Origin: Verrucomicrobiota bacterium
GTDB lineage: Bacteria > Verrucomicrobiota > Verrucomicrobiia > Limisphaerales > UBA9464
DNA length: 64,000 nt
Reading direction: 5' to 3'
Assembly (NCBI GenBank): GCA_016871615.1
Contig: VHCX01000010.1
Coordinates: 1,875-65,874 of the forward strand
The position numbers and the translations under genes were made by a program. Every line of letters begins with the position of its first letter. The first letter of the stretch is position 1. This document shows, piece after piece, positions 49,619 to 58,480 of this stretch. The notes beneath the pieces were generated by a model. It saw only the letters and a list, made by a program, of their open reading frames with translations, did not search any database and had not been told where the DNA came from.

Positions 49619-51235
49619 ATGAACACGCCGCAGATCCTCACGCGCCGCAGTTTCCTGAACACCGCCACCGGACTGGCGGCCACGGCCGCGCTCAGCTCGC
49701 TCACCGACGTGCCGCTCTTCGTGCAGAAGGCCCTGGCCGAGGGCACCCTCGGGAAGCCCGACGCCAACGGCCGGGTCAAGAAACTGCTCTTCATTTTCCT
49801 GCGCGGGGCCAACGACGGGCTCAACTCGGTCATCCCCCACGGCGACGACGCCTATGGCCCGAAGATCCGCGACAACATCGCCATCCCGGTCGATCCGGCC
49901 CAGGGCTGGAATGTCCGGGGCAAGGCCCTCGTCCCCGAGGCGGGCCCCACGGGAGCCGCCTTCGCCTACCCGTTCTCGCTGCCGATGGGCAACGGATTCG
50001 CCGGCCTGCACCCGGCGCTGAAGTTCCTCGTGCCCGTGTACAACGCCGGCGAGCTGGCGGTGATCCACCGCGTGGCCTACCCGCAGCAGTCCCGCTCCCA
50101 CTTCGATTCCCAGGCCTACTGGGAGACCGGGGCGCCGAGGGCAACCATGGTCAAGGATGGCATGCTCTACCGGGCGATGGTGGAGTCGGGGCGGCCCGGC
50201 CGGAACTCGCTCACGGGCGTGTCGTTCCAGAACTCGCTGCCGCTGCTCCTGCGCGGTTCGCGTGCGGCGATGACCAACCTGTCGGACCCGACCCGCTACG
50301 ACTTGCTGGGCGTGCCCAACACCGCCGACGGCAACACCAAGGCGGCCCGCGCCCTGGAGGCGGCGACCGGGGCGGCCTTCCCCGGCAAGGCCAACCGCGA
50401 CCTGCTCCAGCAGCAGTACGAGAACATGCGCCGCACGCTGGAGATCTTCGCCGGCATCGACTTCAGCGAGACCGGCAACACCTTCGTCGACGGCGACACC
50501 ACCGACGGCAACAGGCCGTATCACCTGTTCCCGACGACCAACGCCAAGAACGGGGCCGGGCCGTCGGGGACGACAAACCCGGGCTACGTGGTGCCGGCCT
50601 CGTCCTACGGGTACTTCAACCAGCTCAAGTCGGCCGCTCTGGTGCTCAACAAGACCGACGCGCTGGTGGCCGGCACGCAGATCGACGGCTGGGACACGCA
50701 CAGCAACCAGGGCGGGGTCACCGGGGCCCATGCCAACCTGCTGCAGCGGGTCGGGTGGTCGATCTACGCGCTCCGACAGTACTTCCGCCGCCACGCCGAA
50801 CAGTGCCGCTGGGAGGACCTCGTGGTCGTGACCCTCTCGGAGTTCGGCCGGACGACCATCGAGAACTCCGACAACGGCACCGACCATGCCGAGGCGAGCG
50901 TGATGTTCGTCGCCGGCGGCGGGGTGAAGGGCCTCAGGACCGACGCCACCGGCAAGGTGGCCCGGAGCGGCGTCTTCAACTGCGGCCCGTCGGACCCGGT
51001 GCCCTGGCAGACCGGCATGAATGGCTCGATGTTCCAGAGCACGGGCCGCTACCTGCAGCGGGCGACCGACTTCCGCTCGGTGATGGGCAAGCTCGTCCGG
51101 GACCACCTCGGGGCCACGCAGGAGCAGCTCGACCGGATCATCCCGGGCTATGCCGACCCCAGCCAAGGCCTCAAGTCGGGCGGCATCCAGGCCCAAGACA
51201 AGGTCCGTGTCACCGGCGAACCCGACCTCGTCTGA
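49619..51235 (+). CDS. DUF1501 family protein (sulfatase-fold, Tat signal)
   Basis: ORF 49565..51235. ATG at 49619 gives a typical twin-arginine signal, MNTPQILTRRSFLNTATGLAATAAL. An alternative ATG at 49565 overlaps the DUF1800 stop (ATGA). Motifs LRGANDGLN, GWDTH, SEFGRT and GTDHA. Confidence 0.85.
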   Translation: MNTPQILTRRSFLNTATGLAATAALSSLTDVPLFVQKALAEGTLGKPDANGRVKKLLFIFLRGANDGLNSVIPHGDDAYGPKIRDNIAIPVDPAQGWNVRGKALVPEAGPTGAAFAYPFSLPMGNGFAGLHPALKFLVPVYNAGELAVIHRVAYPQQSRSHFDSQAYWETGAPRATMVKDGMLYRAMVESGRPGRNSLTGVSFQNSLPLLLRGSRAAMTNLSDPTRYDLLGVPNTADGNTKAARALEAATGAAFPGKANRDLLQQQYENMRRTLEIFAGIDFSETGNTFVDGDTTDGNRPYHLFPTTNAKNGAGPSGTTNPGYVVPASSYGYFNQLKSAALVLNKTDALVAGTQIDGWDTHSNQGGVTGAHANLLQRVGWSIYALRQYFRRHAEQCRWEDLVVVTLSEFGRTTIENSDNGTDHAEASVMFVAGGGVKGLRTDATGKVARSGVFNCGPSDPVPWQTGMNGSMFQSTGRYLQRATDFRSVMGKLVRDHLGATQEQLDRIIPGYADPSQGLKSGGIQAQDKVRVTGEPDLV

Positions 51236-51331
51236 GCCGGGTCCACGGGAGGTGCAAAGCCATCCCGTGCCCGCGCAAGAAAAGGCCGGGGTGGGCTTGA
51301 AATCCCCGGGGCGTCGGCGGACAACACCGGC

Positions 51332-52768
51332 GTGACTTCGATCAAGTTCGGCACCTCCGGCTGGCGCGGGCTCATCGCCCGGGACTTCACCTTCGAGAAC
51401 GTCCGCTTTGCCGCGCAGGGCATCGCGGACCACCTGCTCGAGGAACTCAAGGCGGCCGGAGATTCCGCCGGCTCCCAGAAGCCCGAAGTGGTCATCGGTC
51501 ACGACACCCGGTTCCTGGGGCGCGAGTTCTCGCTGGCCGTGGCCGAGGTGCTGGCCGCCAACGGGTTGGTTCCCCTGCTCTGCCAGCGGGATGCGCCGAC
51601 GCCGGTCATCGCCCACACCATCCGGGTGCGCAAGGCCCTCGGCGGCATCAACATGACCGCCAGCCACAACCCGGCCGAATACCAGGGCCTCAAGTTCAGC
51701 GTCTCCAACGGCGCGGCCGCCCCGCCCGAGGTTACCCGTCGCATCGAGGCCCACATCCGGCACCGCCAGGAATCGGGCTGGACCTTCCAGGCCGGGCTTG
51801 TCGGTTCCTTCCGCTGCAAGGAGATCGATCCCGCGCCGGCCTACCTTAGGCAGATCCGCAAGCAGATCGACTTCGCCGCCATCAAGAAGGCCAAGCTCAA
51901 GATCGCCATCGAACTGATGTACGGCACCGGGCGCGGATACCTCGACACGCTGCTGGAGGACGACGGCGGGGCCAGGGTGGTCCGCTTCCACGACACGTTG
52001 AATCCCAGCTTCGGCGGGCATCATCCGGAACCCAACGCCGAGGGCATGGCCCCGGCCCGCGAAGCCATCCTCGCCGGCAAGGCCACGCTGGGGCTCGGGC
52101 TGGACGGCGACGCCGACCGCTTCGGCATCGTGGATCGCGATGGCACCTGGCTGACCCCCAACCAGATTCTGGCCCTGGCCCTCTACCACCTGAAGAAGAA
52201 CCGGGGCTGGACCGGCGCGGTGGTACGCACCGTGCCCACCAGCCACCAGGTCGACGCGGTGGCCGAACTGCTGGGCGTCCGGGTGCATGAGACCCCGGTC
52301 GGCTTCAAGTACATCGGAGCCCTCATGGAGTCCGAGCCCATCATCGTGGGCGGTGAGGAATCCGGAGGCCTCAGCGTGAAGGGGCATGTGCCCGAGAAGG
52401 ACGGCATCCTCGCCTGCCTGCTCATGGCCGAGCTGGTTGCCACCGAGAAGAAGCCCTTGATGAAGATCCTGGCCGACCTGGAGAAGAAGACCGGGGAATT
52501 CCACACCACGCGCATCAACGTGGCCATCCCGCCCCACCAGAAGGAGGCGCTGCTGCACCGTCTCTCGGGCGGCCTGGACAAGGTCGGTACGGCCAAGGTC
52601 GAGCAGTTCATCACGACCGACGGCTTCAAGTTCGTGCTGCCCAACCGCGAGTGGGTCGCCTTCCGCGCCAGCGGCACCGAGCCGTTGATCCGCTGCTACA
52701 TCGAGGCCAAGTCGGCCGCCCAACTCAAGAAGCTCGAGAAGGCCTGCCGGGCCCTGCTGCTGGCCTGA
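51332..52768 (+). CDS. Phosphoglucomutase/phosphomannomutase family (alpha-D-phosphohexomutase)
   Basis: 478 aa, GTG start. Motifs FGTSGWRG, active-site TASHNP, metal loop DGDADR, and GGEESGG. Confidence 0.9.
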   Translation: MTSIKFGTSGWRGLIARDFTFENVRFAAQGIADHLLEELKAAGDSAGSQKPEVVIGHDTRFLGREFSLAVAEVLAANGLVPLLCQRDAPTPVIAHTIRVRKALGGINMTASHNPAEYQGLKFSVSNGAAAPPEVTRRIEAHIRHRQESGWTFQAGLVGSFRCKEIDPAPAYLRQIRKQIDFAAIKKAKLKIAIELMYGTGRGYLDTLLEDDGGARVVRFHDTLNPSFGGHHPEPNAEGMAPAREAILAGKATLGLGLDGDADRFGIVDRDGTWLTPNQILALALYHLKKNRGWTGAVVRTVPTSHQVDAVAELLGVRVHETPVGFKYIGALMESEPIIVGGEESGGLSVKGHVPEKDGILACLLMAELVATEKKPLMKILADLEKKTGEFHTTRINVAIPPHQKEALLHRLSGGLDKVGTAKVEQFITTDGFKFVLPNREWVAFRASGTEPLIRCYIEAKSAAQLKKLEKACRALLLA

Positions 52769-53107
52769 TCCGGAGCGGGTTCCGTCGGCCACCCGCCGCG
52801 TCCGGGATCTAGGGGGGCTTCGACCTGCTCACCCCCGGTTCAGCCTCCCGAATCGAGCCTTCCGCCGCCCGCCCGCCGTCGTCCGGATCCCGCGTCCACC
52901 GGCCCGCCGGCCCGCCCACCGATAATCTCCTTGCCGCGCGGAGAGCGCCGTGACTGCATCACCAACCTTCCCGATGAATCAGGCGCTTGGAGCATCGTCG
53001 TGCCCGCAGCCCGTTGTCCGGACCTGTCGACGGGTCCTGCCCGACGGCGTGCCGGGAATGCGCCCTGACCTCGGGAGTCAACCCTCCCCCAGAAAACCCG
53101 CCCACCC

Positions 53108-54025
53108 ATGATCCGGCACCGCATCGATCGTCGTACCGCCCTCAGAACCCTCGCCGCCGGCGCGGCCCCGGTGGTCGTGTCGGCAATCCTGCCAGGCCGG
53201 GCCCTCGCGGCCGCCGCCAAGCGCCGCCTGATCTTCACCGAGTACGGCAAGGGCCCCAACCGGTTCCTCGAGCTCGACGGCGACGGGCGTCCGGTCTGGG
53301 AGCACCGGCCGCCAAGCACCACCGTGATCTTCCAGGTGCTGCCCAACGGCAACCTCCTCTTCGGGTACGGCGGCCAGCCCACCGGCGTCCGCGAGATCAC
53401 CTCACGGGGCCGGCCCGTCTTCGACTACGTGAGCAGCTCGCACCAGGTCTTCGGCTGCGAGCGCCTGCCCAACGGCAACACGCTGGTGGCCGAACAGGGC
53501 CCCTGCCAGGCCCGCGAGGTCGACCCCGAGGGAAAGACCGTCCGGATCACGCCGCTGACCACGAAGGGCGAGGGCTTCCACCTCCAGGTGCGCAACGTCC
53601 ACAGGCTCCCCAACGGCAACATCCTGGCCGCCCACGAGGGCGAGGGGGCCGTGCGCGAGGTGGATCCGCAGGGCCGGGTGGTCTGGGAATACACCGGGGT
53701 GACCAACACCGGCGAGGCCCAGCGGCTTCCCGACGGCAACACCCTCATCTGCTGCGGCACCCAGAAGCGACTGATCGAGGTCACCCCGGACCGGAAGATC
53801 GCCTGGGAGTTCCGGGCCGAGGACGCGCCGGAAATGAACCTCACCTGGGTCTCGAGCGTGCAGCGTCTCAAGGGCGGCAACCTGCTGGTCGGCAACTTCC
53901 TGCGCGGCCAGGAGGGCAAGGGATCCCACGCCTTCGAGATCACCCGCGCCGGCAAGGTCGTCTGGAAGTGGGACGACCACGCCCTCATCCGTTCCCTGAC
54001 CACCGTCCGGGCCCTGGGAGAGTGA
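53108..54025 (+). CDS. Tat-exported beta-propeller repeat protein (function unknown)
   Basis: 305 aa. MIRHRIDRRTALRTLAAGAA twin-arginine signal. Repeated LPNGN(L/T/I)L blades with W(E/K)(H/Y/F/W) strands. Confidence 0.55.
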   Translation: MIRHRIDRRTALRTLAAGAAPVVVSAILPGRALAAAAKRRLIFTEYGKGPNRFLELDGDGRPVWEHRPPSTTVIFQVLPNGNLLFGYGGQPTGVREITSRGRPVFDYVSSSHQVFGCERLPNGNTLVAEQGPCQAREVDPEGKTVRITPLTTKGEGFHLQVRNVHRLPNGNILAAHEGEGAVREVDPQGRVVWEYTGVTNTGEAQRLPDGNTLICCGTQKRLIEVTPDRKIAWEFRAEDAPEMNLTWVSSVQRLKGGNLLVGNFLRGQEGKGSHAFEITRAGKVVWKWDDHALIRSLTTVRALGE

Positions 54026-54054
54026 ACCCTCCGGACCCTCGGAACCCAATCCCC

Positions 54055-55035
54055 ATGCCGACCGTCGCCATCACCGACCACACCTTCCCGGACCTCGACC
54101 TCGAGGCCGCCGTGCTCCGGCCCGCCGGGGTGGACATCGTCTCGCTGAAGGAGAGGCATCCGCCCGCCGAGACGGCCGAGCTGGTCCGGGAGGCCGACGC
54201 GGTCATCACCCAGTTCGCCGCGATCGACGCCACCGTCATCGGGGCCATGTCACGGGCCCGGGCGATCGTGCGCTACGGCATCGGCTACGACAATGTCGAC
54301 GGCGCCGCGGCACGGGAACGGGGCATCCCGCTGTGCAACATCCCCGACTACTGCATCGACGAGGTGGCCGACCAGACGCTGGCCTTCCTGCTGGCCCTCA
54401 CGCGGCAGGTCGTCCCCAACACGCTGGCCGTGCGGGCCGGGCGCTGGGGCCTGGCCACGCCGCTGGCCTCGATGGCAGCCCTCAGGCACCTCACGGTGGG
54501 GGTGGTCGGCTTCGGGCGCATCGGGCGCGAGGTCGTCCGGCGGTTGCTGGCCTTCCGCGCCAGGGTGCTGGTTTACGACCCGGTGGTCGCCCCGGCCGAG
54601 ATCACCGCGGCGGGCGCGGAGCCGGTGGCGGCACTGGGCGACCTGCTCGCACAGGCCGATGTCGTCACACCCCACTGCCCCTCCAACCCGGCGACCCGCC
54701 GCCTGTTCCATGCCGGGACCTTCGCGGCCATGCGGCCGGGGGCGCTGTTCATCAACGTCGGCCGGGGTGACCTGACCGACAGCGCGGCGCTCACGGCGGC
54801 CCTGGAATCGGGCCACCTCGCCGGGGCGGCGCTCGACGTCTTCGACCCGGAGCCCATCCCGCCGGGCCACCCGATCCTCTCCATGCCGCAGGTCGTGCTC
54901 GCCTCGCACATCGCCTCGGCGAGCCCGCCGGCCGTGAAGACCCTGCGCGAGACGGCCGCCCGCATCGCCCTGATGGCGGTGCGCGGCGAACCGCTGCCCA
55001 ACATCGTCAACGGCGTCGCGCCGGTGCCGCGGTGA
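54055..55035 (+). CDS. D-isomer-specific 2-hydroxyacid dehydrogenase family protein
   Basis: Internal ATG at 54055 of ORF 52987..55035. Motifs GVVGFGRIGREV, NVGRGDL, ALDVFDPEP and SHIAS. Confidence 0.9.
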   Translation: MPTVAITDHTFPDLDLEAAVLRPAGVDIVSLKERHPPAETAELVREADAVITQFAAIDATVIGAMSRARAIVRYGIGYDNVDGAAARERGIPLCNIPDYCIDEVADQTLAFLLALTRQVVPNTLAVRAGRWGLATPLASMAALRHLTVGVVGFGRIGREVVRRLLAFRARVLVYDPVVAPAEITAAGAEPVAALGDLLAQADVVTPHCPSNPATRRLFHAGTFAAMRPGALFINVGRGDLTDSAALTAALESGHLAGAALDVFDPEPIPPGHPILSMPQVVLASHIASASPPAVKTLRETAARIALMAVRGEPLPNIVNGVAPVPR

Positions 55036-55065
55036 CGCTGGGCCCCCCTCCCGATCCGACCCACC

Positions 55066-56148
55066 ATGAAGCCCGAAACCACGACCCGCCGATCCTTCCT
55101 CACCGCCCTGCCTGCGCTGGCCGCCGCCCCGGTGCTGGCCCGCGACTACGGCCCGGGCGCGCCGCCGGTGCGCTACCCCGAGCCTGACGTGATCGCCCTC
55201 GACAAGGCCTTCGACAAATACCGGATCGGCTCGGCCCCCATCGAGCGCCTGCACACCGGCATGTACTGGGCCGAGGGACCCGCCTGGAGCGGGCAGGGTG
55301 GATACCTGGTGTGGAGCGACATCCCGAGCGACGTGCAGCACCGATGGCTGCAGGACGACGGGCGGGTCACCACGCTCCACAAGCCGGCCGGCCATAGCAA
55401 CGGCAACACCTTCGACCGGCAGGGCCGGCAGGTTTCCTTCGAACACGGCCATCGCCGCGTGGTGCGCTACGAACCGGATGGCGGCCTGACGGTGCTCGCG
55501 GACAAGTTCGACGGAAAACCCTTCAACGCCCCCAACGACGGCGTCGTGCATCCCGACGGCAGCGTGTGGTTCACCGACCCGGGCTACGGGAGCCTCGGCA
55601 ACTACGAGGGCAACAAGGGCGACCTGCTGCTCAAGGAGGCCGTCTACCGCATCGATCCCGGCGGCAAGGTCGAGAAGGTCACCGACGAGATCTTCAAGCC
55701 CAATGGGTTGTGCTTCTCCCCCGACTACCGGCGGCTCTACGTGGCCGACACCGGATCGACGCACTACCCCGAGGCGCCGAAGAACATCAAGGTCTGGGAA
55801 GTGGACGGGACCCGCCTGCGGAACGGCCGGGAGTTCGCCTCGATGGCGATGACCTTCCCCGGGACGTCGGGGCCCGACGGCCGCCCACCCCGGAAGGTGG
55901 CCGGCCTCGCCGACGGCATCCGCTGCGACAAGGACGGCAACCTCTGGTCCAGCGCCGGCTGGGTGGGCGAGGGGTATGACGGCGTGCACATCTTCTCACC
56001 CCAGGGGCAGCGCATCGGCCAGATCGTGCTGCCCGAGGTGTGCAGCAACGTATGCTTCGGCGGCCCCCGGCGGAACCGGCTGTTCATGACCGCCAGCCGC
56101 AGCCTCTACGCCGTCCACGTCGAGACCCAGGGCGCCCACTGGTGCTGA
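55066..56148 (+). CDS. SMP-30/gluconolactonase/LRE family protein with Tat signal
   Basis: 360 aa. TTRRSFLTALPALAAAP signal, EGPAW, NGNTFD, PNDGVVHPDGSVWFTDP, PNGLCFSPD and ADGIRCDKDGNLW. Confidence 0.9.
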   Translation: MKPETTTRRSFLTALPALAAAPVLARDYGPGAPPVRYPEPDVIALDKAFDKYRIGSAPIERLHTGMYWAEGPAWSGQGGYLVWSDIPSDVQHRWLQDDGRVTTLHKPAGHSNGNTFDRQGRQVSFEHGHRRVVRYEPDGGLTVLADKFDGKPFNAPNDGVVHPDGSVWFTDPGYGSLGNYEGNKGDLLLKEAVYRIDPGGKVEKVTDEIFKPNGLCFSPDYRRLYVADTGSTHYPEAPKNIKVWEVDGTRLRNGREFASMAMTFPGTSGPDGRPPRKVAGLADGIRCDKDGNLWSSAGWVGEGYDGVHIFSPQGQRIGQIVLPEVCSNVCFGGPRRNRLFMTASRSLYAVHVETQGAHWC

Positions 56149-56159
56149 GATCCCCGCCG

Positions 56160-57716
56160 ATGCCCACACCCGGCACGAGCATGGCGACGCCCACGCCGGA
56201 ATCACCGGAGGAAAAGCCCTCGTCATCGCGCATGCTCGAGTCGCCCGATGTGATCCTCGTCGGCAGCGGAATCATGTCGGCGACCCTGGCCGTGATGCTG
56301 GCCCGCCTCGACCCGACGCTCCGCATCCAGGTGCTGGAGGCCTCGCCGGGCCTTGCTCGGGAGGCCTCGGACGGATGGAACAACTCGGGCACGGGTCACG
56401 CGGGCGTCTGCGAGCTGAGCTACACGCCCGAGCGGGACGCTCTCGGCCGGGTGCCCATCGGCAGGGCGCTGCGCATCTTCGAGCAGTTCGAGCATTCGCG
56501 GCAGTTCTGGGGCGGCCTGGTCGCCGAGGGCATCCTGGAGGCGGCGGACGGGTTCATCCATCCGGTTCCGCATCTCTGCTTCGTTCGCGGTGATCACGAC
56601 GTGGACTTCCTGCGCGCGCGGCACGAGGCGATGCGGGGTCACCACTTCTTCCGGGGCATGCGCCTGACGACGGACCCCGGGGAGATCGCCGCCTGGGCGC
56701 CGCTGGTGATGGAGGGCCGAGCCCCGGGACCTGTCGCGGCGACGCGCGGGGAAGGCACCGAGATCGACTATGGTCGCCTGGCCCGGGGGCTTTGCGGCTG
56801 GCTCTCGCGGCAGGGTTCCTGCGGGGTGGCGTCCGGGCGCCAGGTCACCCGTCTGCGACGCGGCCCCCGGGGGTGGCGGGTCTCGTCCCGCTGCGCGGCC
56901 ACGGGGGAGGAGTGCGAGCAGACCGCGCGGTTCGTCTTCGTCGGCGCCGGCGGCGGCAGCCTGCCCCTGCTCCAGTCGGCCGGCCTGCCCGAGGCCGCCG
57001 GACTGGGCGGTTTCCCGATCGGCGGCCAGTGGCTGGTATGCGACGATCCCGACCTTTGCGCGCGCCACGAGGCGAAGGTCTACGGCGCCACGCCACCCTC
57101 CTCGCCCAGCCTCGGGGCGGGCCATCTCGACCTGCGGCGGATGGGCGGCCGACGGCACCTGCTCTTCGGTCCGTTCGCGTCGTGGACCACGCGCTTCCTG
57201 CGGCACACCGGCGGGTGGACCGACCTGCCGGCATCGATACGGCCCGGAAATCTCCCGGCCCTGCTGCGCACCGCCGTGCGCAACCGCCACCTCGTCCGAT
57301 ACCTCGTCTCGCAGGGGCTGCAGGGCATGGAGTCCCGCCTCGCCGCGCTGCGCGAGTTCTTCCCCGCGGCCCGGGCGGGGCAGTGGCGCCTGGTGGAGGC
57401 GGGCATCCGGGTGCAGGCCATCCAACGGGCCGACCGGGGCGCGCTGCACTTCGACACCGAGGTGCTCTCGTCGGCCGACCGATCCGTCGCCGCACTGCTG
57501 GGCGCGTCGCCCGGGGCGTCGGTCTCGGTCAACATCGCCCTCGAGGTCGTCCGCTCCTGCCTGCCTCACCTCCTCTCCGCCCCGGGTGGCGCGGAGCGCA
57601 TGCGCCGGCTGTTGCCCACCTTCGACCAGGACCTCTCGCTGCCCGTCAACGCGGACCTCTTCGAGCGGACCTCCCGGGAGGCCGGGGAGCGCCTCGGACT
57701 GTCGCCCCGACCATGA
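56160..57716 (+). CDS. mqo: Malate:quinone oxidoreductase family FAD enzyme
   Basis: Lies within ORF 56040..57716; start at ATG 56160 (alternative at 56181). Motifs DVILVGSGIMSATLAVML, WNNSGTGHAGVCELSYT and LLGASPGAS. Confidence 0.8.
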   Translation: MPTPGTSMATPTPESPEEKPSSSRMLESPDVILVGSGIMSATLAVMLARLDPTLRIQVLEASPGLAREASDGWNNSGTGHAGVCELSYTPERDALGRVPIGRALRIFEQFEHSRQFWGGLVAEGILEAADGFIHPVPHLCFVRGDHDVDFLRARHEAMRGHHFFRGMRLTTDPGEIAAWAPLVMEGRAPGPVAATRGEGTEIDYGRLARGLCGWLSRQGSCGVASGRQVTRLRRGPRGWRVSSRCAATGEECEQTARFVFVGAGGGSLPLLQSAGLPEAAGLGGFPIGGQWLVCDDPDLCARHEAKVYGATPPSSPSLGAGHLDLRRMGGRRHLLFGPFASWTTRFLRHTGGWTDLPASIRPGNLPALLRTAVRNRHLVRYLVSQGLQGMESRLAALREFFPAARAGQWRLVEAGIRVQAIQRADRGALHFDTEVLSSADRSVAALLGASPGASVSVNIALEVVRSCLPHLLSAPGGAERMRRLLPTFDQDLSLPVNADLFERTSREAGERLGLSPRP

Positions 57717-58480
57717 TCACCCTCGACGACCGGATCGCCCTGGTTACCGGTGCCGGCTCCGGCATCGGGGCCGCCATCGCCGCATGCTTCGCCCAGGCCG
57801 GGGCCTTCGTCCATATCTCGGATCTCGACGAGGCGGCCGCCGAGGCCACGGCCGGGTCGCTCCGGGCTGCGGGACACCGGGTCGAGGCGCTGCGACTCGA
57901 CGTGGCCGACGAGGCGGCCTGCCTCGCGGCGGCCCGCCGGGTCGAAGAGCGTTCCGGCCGGTGCGACGTGCTGGTCAACAACGCCGGCGTCGGCCATGTC
58001 GGCACCGTGCTCACCACCGGGACGGACGATCTGGACCGCCTCTGGAAGGTCAACGTGCTGGGGCCGCGCCACCTCTCGCGGGCGGTGCTGCCGGGCATGC
58101 TCGAACGCCGGCGGGGCTCAATCATCCACATCGCCTCCATCGCCGGCCTGATGGGCATGGAGGCGCGCTTCGCGTACACCCTCTCCAAGCATGCCGTGGT
58201 GGGCATGACCCGCTCGATGGCGATGGACCTCGGCACGACGGGGGTGCGCGTGAACTGCATCTGCCCGGGCCGGGTGCGCACCCCCTTCGTCGACGCCATG
58301 CTCCGGCAGTACGCCGATCCCGCCGAATACCTCCGCCAGCTCGAGTCGCCCCACGCCATGAAACGCATGGCGGCCCCGCCGGAGATCGCCTCGGCGGCGC
58401 TGTTCCTCGCCAGCGATGCGGCTTCCTTCGTCACCGGAAGCGCCCTGACCGTGGACGGGGGCTACACGGCGGGCAAATGA
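57713..58480 (+). CDS. SDR family oxidoreductase
   Basis: 255 aa. The ATG overlaps the mqo stop (ATGA). Motifs TGAGSGIG, NNAG and YTLSKHAV (YxxxK). Confidence 0.9.
   Translation: MITLDDRIALVTGAGSGIGAAIAACFAQAGAFVHISDLDEAAAEATAGSLRAAGHRVEALRLDVADEAACLAAARRVEERSGRCDVLVNNAGVGHVGTVLTTGTDDLDRLWKVNVLGPRHLSRAVLPGMLERRRGSIIHIASIAGLMGMEARFAYTLSKHAVVGMTRSMAMDLGTTGVRVNCICPGRVRTPFVDAMLRQYADPAEYLRQLESPHAMKRMAAPPEIASAALFLASDAASFVTGSALTVDGGYTAGK

Noticed and set aside
49145-52792. 1215-aa minus-strand ORF
   Set aside because: It is an antisense shadow spanning the DUF1800 end, DUF1501 and the phosphohexomutase. The plus-strand products carry diagnostic motifs (GWDTH, TASHNP).
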